DNA from: an uncultured Bdellovibrionales bacterium
Lineage (GTDB): Bacteria; Bdellovibrionota; Bdellovibrionia; Bdellovibrionales; UBA1609
Assembly (NCBI GenBank): GCA_938002015.1
Contig: CALLAU010000087.1
Coordinates: 9,920 to 73,919 of the forward strand
Length of the DNA stretch: 64,000 nt
Direction of reading: 5' to 3'
Position numbers and translations under genes: made by a program. The notes below the pieces were generated by a model that was given only the letters and a program-made list of their open reading frames with translations, did not search any database and had not been told where the DNA came from. The number at the start of each line of letters is the position of its first letter. Positions within the stretch are counted from its first letter, which is position 1. Shown here piece by piece: positions 55,298 through 63,726 of this stretch.

Positions 55298-55909
55298 CTA
55301 AAAACGCATTCCTATCCCGCCATAACCCTCAATACTCGTGTATTCAATAGATGAGCCGGCACCACCAAACAGGTACTGTAAATAACCTGCCAAATAATAC
55401 CTTTTAGAAAGACTATAGTTACCACCACCTGAAAATATAAGCCCCCCGACATCTTCTTTGATATCACGAACTGCAGGGTCTCCAGAATCAAAAGAAATAT
55501 TTTTTTGGAAAAAACCCAAACCTATAAAATAAGAAATAGGCTCAACAAAGCTAACTTGTATATCTTTACCAGCAGAGGATATTAAACTTGGGTCACCTTT
55601 AATATAATACCTTAAACTGCCATAAAGCCCAAAACCAGTAGATGACATGTTACCTAAATCAAACTCTCCAGATGCGCCAATGGAGATGAAATATTTTTTG
55701 TATATTCTAGAATCATACTCAAAAATTAAACTTATAGGGTTAGTGTTAGAAATAGAGCTTTCAGAAGAAGAGGCCGTCTCAACTTTTGGACCCAGCATAA
55801 GTCTAAACTGAACAGCATAGCTTTTTGAAGCTATGCTAACTAAGAAGAAAGAACAAAATAAAAGACTACGCAGCATTATAGAAATCATCTTGAGATAATT
55901 CATTCTCAT
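55298..55909 (-). CDS. Small outer-membrane beta-barrel protein
   Basis: Signal peptide, alternating hydrophobic/aromatic strands, and C-terminal GGIGMRF ending in Phe. Confidence 0.55.
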   Translation of the reverse strand: MRMNYLKMISIMLRSLLFCSFFLVSIASKSYAVQFRLMLGPKVETASSSESSISNTNPISLIFEYDSRIYKKYFISIGASGEFDLGNMSSTGFGLYGSLRYYIKGDPSLISSAGKDIQVSFVEPISYFIGLGFFQKNISFDSGDPAVRDIKEDVGGLIFSGGGNYSLSKRYYLAGYLQYLFGGAGSSIEYTSIEGYGGIGMRF

Positions 55910-57590
55910 CTTCTCTAGCCTTAAATGATGATGCGATTTTTTTTCTTAACATAGCTATATTAACTCTCTGCTTACTTCTCATAGATCGATTAATACTTTC
56001 TTCTATTCTGATAACAGCCCTGCTATCAAGAGAATCCAGTAGTCCTCTAAAGTCCATATGCTCTGAGTTCATATATCCAATTTCTTCTACAGAAAGCTGA
56101 GTTAAAAACCTTCTTAAAACCTGAGGATTTTCATCAGTTACCCAGTTTACACTAGGAATCTTATCTCTAATAGACTTAAAGCTATCTGTATTTAAAAACT
56201 GGTTATTAAACAAGTCAGAATCATTAAGGCTAATCAAAAGCTTCATCGCCTGAGTACTGACATCATTGTTTGCAGTCTCATTATCAAACCCTTCATTCTC
56301 TTCGAGAAGTTCAGCAAAGCTTTGCACTCTTTCAGTTGTTGGAATTCTCGATGATGATGGTAGACTTAAAATCTCTGGCAAACGCTTTGATACAACTTCA
56401 GATAAATAAGGTTTTGTCTTTACTACGCTTACAACTTCATCAGGAAACAAATAAAAGACAACGTCAAAGAAGGAATCTAAAGATTTTTCTATAATTATTT
56501 TTAAGTTACCAGCATATTGCGGATAAATTGCAGCCAAAGCTCGCTCTCTTACTAAAACGGGTTCAGACATTTCAGCAATGGATATACCCTTATTAATTTG
56601 TGATATTACACCAGAATTTAACTCTTCAGCTTTTATATCACTTAAATCAAAGCCATTTTCGATTTTAAATATACTAAAGTACATAGATTTAAATTCGGTC
56701 TCTTCGCTCTCATTAAAATCCTGAATCATTATTTGATAAAACATAAACTGCAAACTTGGAGTAGGCAGGTGAGACCAAAGGATTCTACATAATTCATATT
56801 TTGACTTTAAATATAAGGATGTAAATTTTTGATAAATGCGTATCGGATCAGCTTCAAACATTGGGTCAGATGTAACAACAACTTCTTCTTCAAATTCAGC
56901 ATCATCACTAAGTCCATCACCAGATAGATTGCTAACTCCTCCGCCAGCTCCAATTGAATCCCCACTAAAGTCAACGTTTTCAATGCTTTTTCCAAGAGTT
57001 TTAAGACCAGATTTTAAAGCCCATGAAAGTATAAAACCAAGTAAAGACAATACAAAAAGCACAACGGGGACCCATGTCCATGCAGCACTTTTAAATGTAC
57101 TCTCATATAATGATTTTTTAAGGTCTGTTTTCCAGTCCTTCATTGCAACATCAAACTTAAATGATTTATCTTCAACCCGAACTGTTTCATCAGGCCTAAG
57201 GGATAAATGTTCTTTTAAAGATAGTATGAGTGCCTGAATCTCTTCATCACTAACTTGCTTCTTTTTAACAACCGTAACTTCTCTTTTATAATTACTAAGA
57301 TCACTAATGATCTCAAACATACCTATTGTTGCCGGATCTCGCTCCACTTGTATTCCACCTAGTAATAAACCTGGTAGTTTAATGCTTTGCTTTTTAGAAA
57401 AAACATTCAAACTTTTCATTTCATTTAAAGAAAGTAGTACAGACACGTCTACATCTTCTTCTAGGCCATAGTTCTTTTTAATAACCTCAACTCTATCATT
57501 ATGAAAATCTTGTATTTTTTCAAATGGAACTGGTTGAGCAAAGACTATATTAGTAAAAAATATGATCATCACCAATAAAAAAGTTTTCAT
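55866..57590 (-). CDS. Bitopic inner-membrane protein: cleavable signal, about 150-aa periplasmic domain, one TM, about 370-aa cytoplasmic domain
   Basis: Signal peptide IVFAQPVP. TM AAWTWVPVVLFVLSLLGFILSWAL. C-terminal segment PQVLRRFLTQL...FRGLLDSLDSRAVIRIEESIN resembles the FliG_C/MgtE_N helices. Confidence 0.5.
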   Translation of the reverse strand: MKTFLLVMIIFFTNIVFAQPVPFEKIQDFHNDRVEVIKKNYGLEEDVDVSVLLSLNEMKSLNVFSKKQSIKLPGLLLGGIQVERDPATIGMFEIISDLSNYKREVTVVKKKQVSDEEIQALILSLKEHLSLRPDETVRVEDKSFKFDVAMKDWKTDLKKSLYESTFKSAAWTWVPVVLFVLSLLGFILSWALKSGLKTLGKSIENVDFSGDSIGAGGGVSNLSGDGLSDDAEFEEEVVVTSDPMFEADPIRIYQKFTSLYLKSKYELCRILWSHLPTPSLQFMFYQIMIQDFNESEETEFKSMYFSIFKIENGFDLSDIKAEELNSGVISQINKGISIAEMSEPVLVRERALAAIYPQYAGNLKIIIEKSLDSFFDVVFYLFPDEVVSVVKTKPYLSEVVSKRLPEILSLPSSSRIPTTERVQSFAELLEENEGFDNETANNDVSTQAMKLLISLNDSDLFNNQFLNTDSFKSIRDKIPSVNWVTDENPQVLRRFLTQLSVEEIGYMNSEHMDFRGLLDSLDSRAVIRIEESINRSMRSKQRVNIAMLRKKIASSFKAREDENELSQDDFYNAA

Positions 57591-58192
57591 AGTTGCAGTC
57601 CCGCCATTTTTATTTCAATTTCTAATCTTCTATTTAGATTTCCAGCTTCAGCAATATAGTTTCCAAATACATCTCTATCTTTAACTACAGGATAAGAGTC
57701 ACTAAGCCCTTTGTAAGACACTTTTTTCATATCAATTCCTTTATAGGATATAACATTGGCAATTTGAGCTGCTCTATAGTTTGATATTTTTATCTTATTA
57801 TACTTACTATTTCCTGTTTTAACCGGGCTAATCGAGTCATAGTGACTTTCAATATTAACAACAGGGTCACCTTTAAGAGTTCCAATTAATGAAGCAAGTT
57901 CTTTGACGAACATATCTCCTCTTTTAGAAAGCTTCCAACCATCAATTGGGAACAATCCCTTATCCCAAACTCTTAGAGTTATCGAGTCTTTCTTTCTAAT
58001 CAACCCTGTTTTAATTTTATATTTTCTTTGAAGTATATTAATCTTATTTCTAAGCTCAAGCTCAACTAGCGCGATTTCATTTGAAGATTTTTTAGTATCT
58101 ACAAAATCATTAGATACTAACTGAAAGTAAGAAAATACAAGACTAACAAAGAACAAACCAACACAAATAGTTCTAAAAATATTTGATCTCAT
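57587..58192 (-). CDS. MotB/OmpA-like peptidoglycan-binding protein with N-terminal TM anchor
   Basis: TM ICVGLFFVSLVFSYFQLV. OmpA-like blocks ITLRVWDKGLFP, VVNIESHYDS, ISNYRAAQIANVI and NRRLEIEI. No Asp at the MotB D32-equivalent side of the TM. Confidence 0.65.
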   Translation of the reverse strand: MRSNIFRTICVGLFFVSLVFSYFQLVSNDFVDTKKSSNEIALVELELRNKINILQRKYKIKTGLIRKKDSITLRVWDKGLFPIDGWKLSKRGDMFVKELASLIGTLKGDPVVNIESHYDSISPVKTGNSKYNKIKISNYRAAQIANVISYKGIDMKKVSYKGLSDSYPVVKDRDVFGNYIAEAGNLNRRLEIEIKMAGLQL

Positions 58193-58980
58193 TACCTTAC
58201 CACCTTTCTTAATTCAGCTAAAACACCGGCAAGCTCAACATTAGTTGGATCAAGATCAAGAGCTCTTTTATACGAAGCTAATGCTCTATTAATTCTACCG
58301 TTAATAAACTCAAAGTTACCTTCTAATGTAAGAACTAAACTTGGAGGAGGATCTAGAGTTTTCATCTCTGCTAGCGCCTTACCTGCTTTAGCTAATTGTT
58401 TAACATGTAGGGCGTTTTGAACCTCTATTACCTTATTAAAAATAAGATTAGACTTTGTTGAATATTCTTTCTTGAGGTCCTCTTCAAGTCTTTGATATTG
58501 AAGATCATAAGCAATCTTTTGTTGCTGAGCCAAATTCTGAGCAAGTTGTAATTGATCTTTTAAAAGACGATTCTGAGCTTCATATCCTTCTCGAATTTCG
58601 CCCTCAATTTCTTTTTTTAATTCTTCATCAGTTACCTTAGCTTGTTCATTGAGTTTTACTTCTATACTCCCCGTAGAGTAATTTGATGGAATAACTATTC
58701 TATAGTTATCATGACCGTCAGCTTTAAAAGAAAGATAGGCAAACCTGTCATCAGAAACTTCTTTTTTTAAATCAATTGTTAATGGCGTTTTACCTATCTC
58801 TTTAAACTCTGAAGAAAATGAGGTACTTGAATAAACTGTTGCTCCACTAGGAGAGGAGGCTAAATTCAGCTGCCTTTTTGAGGCACATCCTGATAACAAT
58901 ATTAATACTGCTATTACTTTATTAACTGATACTAAATTCTTTGAACAATCCATGTGTATTATTTCGGGACAAGGTATCAA
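58192..58980 (-). CDS. Lipoprotein with PEGA-like domain, coiled coil and C-terminal TPR
   Basis: Lipobox LLSGC-AS. SSPSGATVY...GKTPL is a PEGA-like block. Heptad region, then ALASYKRALDLDPTNVEL (TPR). The true start may be the internal Met near 58953. Confidence 0.5.
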   Translation of the reverse strand: MIPCPEIIHMDCSKNLVSVNKVIAVLILLSGCASKRQLNLASSPSGATVYSSTSFSSEFKEIGKTPLTIDLKKEVSDDRFAYLSFKADGHDNYRIVIPSNYSTGSIEVKLNEQAKVTDEELKKEIEGEIREGYEAQNRLLKDQLQLAQNLAQQQKIAYDLQYQRLEEDLKKEYSTKSNLIFNKVIEVQNALHVKQLAKAGKALAEMKTLDPPPSLVLTLEGNFEFINGRINRALASYKRALDLDPTNVELAGVLAELRKVVR

Positions 58981-59055
58981 AAACTTTTACACTTTTAGAG
59001 AAATTAGAACTATAGACTAGGCTAAATACATTGAAGTAACATTCTCAACACATAA

Positions 59056-59655
59056 CTAAAACTTAAGTCCCCTAGACTTTAGTGTCCTTCTTAGTTTCTC
59101 ACTATAAATATCTAGTAAGACCTTATGAGGCTCATCACCCTCTATAATTTTTAGCGCGTAGGCTATAGCCTGCATAGTTGCCATCCCATCTTCTTTTGAT
59201 TCTTTTCTAATAAAGTTTATGCTTTGAGACTCATCTTTTAACATAACACGAGGAACATCTTTTAATTCATTATGACGAGTATGCACTTTACTAGCCTGCC
59301 TCCAGTTTCCATCAGGAACAATAAGCTGAATTGGTTTTTTAATTTTTGATATAAATTCTCTTGTTAAGATTTGAGCATCTTTAGATGGATAGAGCAAAAG
59401 ACTTTGATAATCACCCTTTAGATCCTCTTTAAGGTTTAAAGGATCACCCTTTATACCTCTTTGCCGCATATTAGAGTTTAACAAAATTTTTAAAGCCAAG
59501 CGTCCCGTATTTGTAGTTCTCTTTAACTCTTTTTGATGAGTAACCAAAAGGACTCTTGTTTTAAGGTCCAGGGTCTTAAAACATTCACACATACATAAAC
59601 TTTTATGCAAGTAACATTCTAAACAAGGATCTTGGGTCTTTCTTTTACCCTTCAT
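59056..59655 (-). CDS. DTW-domain protein (tRNA-uridine aminocarboxypropyltransferase family)
   Basis: N-terminal Cys cluster CLECYLHKSLCMC and LIVPDGNWRQASK (the DTW motif as DGNW). 199 aa. Confidence 0.65.
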   Translation of the reverse strand: MKGKRKTQDPCLECYLHKSLCMCECFKTLDLKTRVLLVTHQKELKRTTNTGRLALKILLNSNMRQRGIKGDPLNLKEDLKGDYQSLLLYPSKDAQILTREFISKIKKPIQLIVPDGNWRQASKVHTRHNELKDVPRVMLKDESQSINFIRKESKEDGMATMQAIAYALKIIEGDEPHKVLLDIYSEKLRRTLKSRGLKF

Positions 59656-59658
59656 TAA

Positions 59659-62019
59659 CTACTGAGGAACCCAAACTATGCCCGTCCAAATATTTTCAAT
59701 ATTAGATTTCTTTGGAGCAACTCTAAACTCTTCAATTTCTATATTATCTATAGAAAGTTTCTCCTCTAAACTCATGATTTGATCTTCCATTTCATCTTGA
59801 AGATCTTGTAAGTCTGCTTGGTAATCAAGAAGCTGTTCTTGAGCTCTTGAGATATCACCTTTTTCTTTAGACGCTGTAGACGCACTCCTTATCACTCTTC
59901 CAGCTCTCGTTACTGAAGTTGAACTTAAGGCTTTTCCACCCATAAGAACAGAAGCTATAGCAGTTCCAAAATTAATCATTGTACTCATTTTTTTACTGCT
60001 GTACTGCTCTTTTTCTTTTTCTATCTTTTGTTCAGAGCGAAGAATTCTCTTCTCAACAGTGCCCATCTTCTTCTCAAACTTAAGCTTAAGTTTTTCAACC
60101 TCTTCATCTCTTTTCTCCCTTAGAGAAAGTGAAATTCTACTCTTAAAATCATCTAAACTCTCTTCTGAAGTTGAGTATTCTTTAAGGCTTTGACATCTAT
60201 AAAGCCTTAGCCCTTTTGATCTATACACAGAGTTTTCCACTTCTTTTTCTTTATTTTTATAAAAGCTCTCCTTAATTGCGCAAACAGGAACCTCAGCGTA
60301 AACAATCTCTTTCATAAACTCAAATCGTGACAAATCTTCTATAGAAGCCTCTTCAAAAACATTCAAACTTTCAATTGCTTCTTCTGATAAATCTGAACAC
60401 CAAAGCTCTTTAACAGATTTGTTAAGTCCTGATGCTGAATGACTATAATGGGTAGAGGTAATAGCTCCTAAATATGGCTTAAGATTTCTACTAAATTTCA
60501 CATCTAAAACTTTTTGATTCACTTCTTTTGGTAAACTTTGAGGGTTAAAAGCCCCTCCACTCTCTATCTTAATATCGTTTTGACTTTGTTTTGAATCTAA
60601 ACCTTGCATGTTCGTATTTTTATATGGAGCCATGAGTTTTGAAATTTGAGTATTAGTCATAGGTCCACTTAAATATGAAAGAGCCCATCTTGTATGAAAG
60701 ATCTGTGGTTCTCCAGCATGTACATTGTGCATAAGAAACACTCGCTTATCTAAACTTGATAAAGCTTTATCCCAATCAATTGATTCAGATGAGCCAATTG
60801 ACTTTAACCCATCTAATAAACGGGCTTTATCTTGCTCAGTCTGAAGTCTTCCAATAAACCATGTTCCAGTGTTAGATAAGCCTTTATAATCTAAATCTAC
60901 AGGGTTTTGCGTTGCTAAAACAACTCCAAGCCCTTGAGCTCTAGCCTGCTTTAGTAAAGTAAGCATTGGTTTTTTTGTAGGAGGATTTGCATTAGGAGGA
61001 AAATATCCATAAATTTCATCCATATAAAGAATCGCTCTTAAAGAACTTGTTCCCGGCTGCTTTCTCACCCAACTGACAAGCTCATTTAAAAGTCTTGAAA
61101 CAAAGAAGACTCGCTCTTCTTCTTCAAGGTGTGAGACTGATAAAATGGAAACTTGAGGCTTACCATTCTTATACAAAAGATTAGAAACATTAAGGGCTTC
61201 TCCTTGACTCCAGGTTTTAAACTTTGGAGAAGCAAATAAAGAATTAAATTTTAAAGCTAAAGATGTTCTTTTAGCTTTAGGAAAGAAAGTTTCTAAATCA
61301 AGAACTCCAATTTTTTCAAAAGGAGGGTTTTGAACAAGGCCGATAAGAGATGGCAATGTCACAGACTCACCATTTGCCCATGCTTGAATAATAATTTGAG
61401 ATATAAAGGTATGTTCTGGTGAGCCAGCCTCAGACATTTTTGCATCGATAATAGATAAAAATGATGTTACAGCATTTTCTACTGCTTCAGATAAAGCTGT
61501 AGAATCTTTAACAACAACTTCACCAGGGTTTTTAAAACTATTAAAGAGTGAGATTTGAAGACCAGCATCACTTCCTGGCGTATAAATCCTCATATCCACA
61601 GCTTCTTTAATTTTTTTTATTCTCTCTTCAGTTTGATCCCAGGTTCTAATTCCTTTTGACCATAAATCAGCTTTCTCTTTTGCAAGCTCATCAATAGAAA
61701 TTTCTTTTTGCTCAGCTTCAGATTCACTCACCCATGGTCTAAAGTTTTCTTGAGTCATGTTTTCAAAACCTAAAAGTAAATTTGAAATATCCCCCTTAGG
61801 ATCAATAGCAATAACAGGAATGTTATCAATTGCAGCTTCTTCAAGAAGCGAAACACACAAACCTGTTTTTCCACTTCCAGTCATTCCAAGACACACAGCA
61901 TGCGTTTTAAGGTCTTTTGAGCGGTAAAGTGTTAACTCTTCATCAACAACTTTTTTTTCTTCAATATCATAAGGCTTACCTAGGTAAAACATTCCTAATT
62001 TCTCATACATACTGCTCAT
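59659..62019 (-). CDS. HerA/FtsK-superfamily P-loop ATPase (DUF87/DUF853-like) with C-terminal coiled coil and hydrophobic segment
   Basis: Walker A CLGMTGSGKTG with IAIDPKGD; Walker B ILYMDEIYGYF; VLATQNPVDLD. C-terminal heptad repeats flank MSTMINFGTAIASVLMGG. Confidence 0.7.
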   Translation of the reverse strand: MSSMYEKLGMFYLGKPYDIEEKKVVDEELTLYRSKDLKTHAVCLGMTGSGKTGLCVSLLEEAAIDNIPVIAIDPKGDISNLLLGFENMTQENFRPWVSESEAEQKEISIDELAKEKADLWSKGIRTWDQTEERIKKIKEAVDMRIYTPGSDAGLQISLFNSFKNPGEVVVKDSTALSEAVENAVTSFLSIIDAKMSEAGSPEHTFISQIIIQAWANGESVTLPSLIGLVQNPPFEKIGVLDLETFFPKAKRTSLALKFNSLFASPKFKTWSQGEALNVSNLLYKNGKPQVSILSVSHLEEEERVFFVSRLLNELVSWVRKQPGTSSLRAILYMDEIYGYFPPNANPPTKKPMLTLLKQARAQGLGVVLATQNPVDLDYKGLSNTGTWFIGRLQTEQDKARLLDGLKSIGSSESIDWDKALSSLDKRVFLMHNVHAGEPQIFHTRWALSYLSGPMTNTQISKLMAPYKNTNMQGLDSKQSQNDIKIESGGAFNPQSLPKEVNQKVLDVKFSRNLKPYLGAITSTHYSHSASGLNKSVKELWCSDLSEEAIESLNVFEEASIEDLSRFEFMKEIVYAEVPVCAIKESFYKNKEKEVENSVYRSKGLRLYRCQSLKEYSTSEESLDDFKSRISLSLREKRDEEVEKLKLKFEKKMGTVEKRILRSEQKIEKEKEQYSSKKMSTMINFGTAIASVLMGGKALSSTSVTRAGRVIRSASTASKEKGDISRAQEQLLDYQADLQDLQDEMEDQIMSLEEKLSIDNIEIEEFRVAPKKSNIENIWTGIVWVPQ

Positions 62020-62060
62020 AAATCAACACCTCATTATTTCAATAAAAATACTATAAACTA

Positions 62061-62093
62061 AAAAAAGGCCTAGTGAAAACACTAAGCCTTTTT
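62061..62093 (-). terminator. Rho-independent terminator after the DUF2780 gene
   Basis: Minus strand AAGGCTTAGTG-TTTT-CACTAGGCCTT (11 bp, one G-U) followed by TTTTT. Confidence 0.75.
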
Positions 62094-62121
62094 AAATAAA
62101 ATTAAAAAAATAACTACTTAC

Positions 62122-62508
62122 TTATGAAAAAGCTTTCTCAAGTAAACCTGACACTACGTCTCCACCTTGAGATTTTGCAAAGCTCATAACAACTGGGGCA
62201 AATTTCATCACTGTTTCCATATCAAGATCTAACTCTTGAAATTGGCTCGCCATAGCCATTAAACCAGCCGCTTTATCACTTCCGCCAAATGCACTCATTG
62301 CTGCACCCGCCATAGCTCCTAAACCACCAGTTGAAGCTTGTGGAGCTGCACCCATTAGTTCTGAAACCCCTGGAAGAGCATCTGCTACTTTTGAGAAATC
62401 ACCACCAAGTTGTTGCTGAGCAAATTGGAATAAAACTCCAGCTCCACCCTTAGCTTGGTTTTCTTGAACACCTAATTGAGAAGTAAGCATTCCTATTAAT
62501 TCTGTCAT
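62122..62508 (-). CDS. DUF2780-family small protein
   Basis: LTSQLGVQENQAKGGAGVLFQFAQQQLGGDFSKV N-terminus and a Gly/Ala/Met-rich centre typical of DUF2780. Confidence 0.55.
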   Translation of the reverse strand: MTELIGMLTSQLGVQENQAKGGAGVLFQFAQQQLGGDFSKVADALPGVSELMGAAPQASTGGLGAMAGAAMSAFGGSDKAAGLMAMASQFQELDLDMETVMKFAPVVMSFAKSQGGDVVSGLLEKAFS

Positions 62509-62586
62509 ATTATAACTCCTTTAGTTCTTAAATAAAGAGACTCTAATAATAAGGTTTAGAGTCACAAAAAAATACATTAAAAAAAC

Positions 62587-63702
62587 TTATAAGTTTCTTT
62601 CTTTAGGACCAACATACTCTGAAAGTGGTCTGATAATTCTATTGTTAGCTGCTTGCTCTAAAATATGAGCAGACCAACCCGTGATTCTACTCATCACAAA
62701 AATTGGCGTGAACATATCAATCTCAAAACCCATCATGTAGTAAGCTGGACCGGCAGGGAAATCTAGATTTGGATAAATATTTTTCTCTGAAACCATCACA
62801 TCTTCTAAAGCCTGAGAGATTTCCATCCATTTAGGCTCTCCAACAAAGTCAGCCATTTTCTTAGCGTACTTTTTCATTGTTGGAACTCTTGAGTCACCAT
62901 TCTTATAAACACGGTGTCCAAAACCCATGACTTTTCTTTTTTCTTTAAGTGCTTTTTGCATCCACTCTTTTGCACCCTCGACTTCTCCAACTTCTTTAAG
63001 CACATACATCACTTGCTCATTTGCTCCACCATGAAGAGGGCCTTTAAGAGCACCGATTCCACCACATACAGCAGAGTAAATATCTGAAGTTGTTGATGTG
63101 ATAACTCTTGTTGTAAAAGTTGATGCGTTAAAAGAATGCTCAGCATATAAAATGAGTGAAACATCAAAAGCTTTTACAACTTCAGGTGCCGGCACTTCAC
63201 CAAAACACATTTTAAAGAAGTTTTCCGACATAGACAGTGATGTATCTGGAGCAATAACTTCTTTACCATGCTTCATTCTGTAAGCTGCAGCAATCATTGT
63301 AGGAATTTTTGCAAGCATGTGAGTTGCTTTATCACGCGTTACTTCTTCAGAATCATCCCAAGTTCTTTTATCATTTGTACCTAATATGCTGATCCCTGTT
63401 CTTAAAATATCCATCGGATGCCCTGTCATGTCCATGCCTTTAAAAGCATTTAAAACTGAGTCCGGAAGACTTCTATAACTTCTTTCTTTTTCTTTAAACG
63501 CTTTAGCCTCTTCTTCAGTTGGAAGCTCGTTATTCCATAAAAGAAATGCAACATCTTCGAAAGTGCATTTTTCAGCTAAATCCTGAACTGGATAACCCTT
63601 ATATGTAAGTGAGTTCGTTTCAGGCATCACCTTTGAAACAGTTGTAGTGTCTATAACAACACCTTCTAAACCTTTTTTTACATTTACTTTAGTTTCTGAC
63701 AT
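62587..63702 (-). CDS. prpC: 2-methylcitrate synthase / citrate synthase paralogue
   Basis: GFGHRVYKNGDSRVP, LKGPLHGGANEQV and YAEHSFNAS blocks. Lies immediately downstream of a methylisocitrate lyase gene. Confidence 0.8.
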   Translation of the reverse strand: MSETKVNVKKGLEGVVIDTTTVSKVMPETNSLTYKGYPVQDLAEKCTFEDVAFLLWNNELPTEEEAKAFKEKERSYRSLPDSVLNAFKGMDMTGHPMDILRTGISILGTNDKRTWDDSEEVTRDKATHMLAKIPTMIAAAYRMKHGKEVIAPDTSLSMSENFFKMCFGEVPAPEVVKAFDVSLILYAEHSFNASTFTTRVITSTTSDIYSAVCGGIGALKGPLHGGANEQVMYVLKEVGEVEGAKEWMQKALKEKRKVMGFGHRVYKNGDSRVPTMKKYAKKMADFVGEPKWMEISQALEDVMVSEKNIYPNLDFPAGPAYYMMGFEIDMFTPIFVMSRITGWSAHILEQAANNRIIRPLSEYVGPKERNL

Positions 63703-63726
63703 TTTAATTAATCTCCCGTTTATTTT

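Noticed and set aside
56836-57237. 133-aa plus-strand ORF (and the 74- and 62-aa ORFs nearby) inside the 574-aa membrane-protein gene
   Set aside because: Fully embedded antisense or alternate-frame in a longer ORF with coherent signal peptide/TM architecture. Its Ser/Pro-rich, low-complexity translation is typical of antisense frames in AT-rich coding DNA.
133-63283. All remaining 60 to 102-aa ORFs in the track that are nested in larger genes (e.g. 133..315, 875..1066, 4080..4286, 11207..11425, 15728..15946, 18781..19029, 19853..20098, 24930..25184, 30742..31112, 31792..32239, 32759..33024, 34036..34230, 37629..38453, 42619..43131, 46965..47195, 50397..50597, 52874..53065, 63098..63283)
   Set aside because: Each is embedded in, or antisense to, a CDS supported by family motifs. 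None has an independent RBS or recognisable motif.
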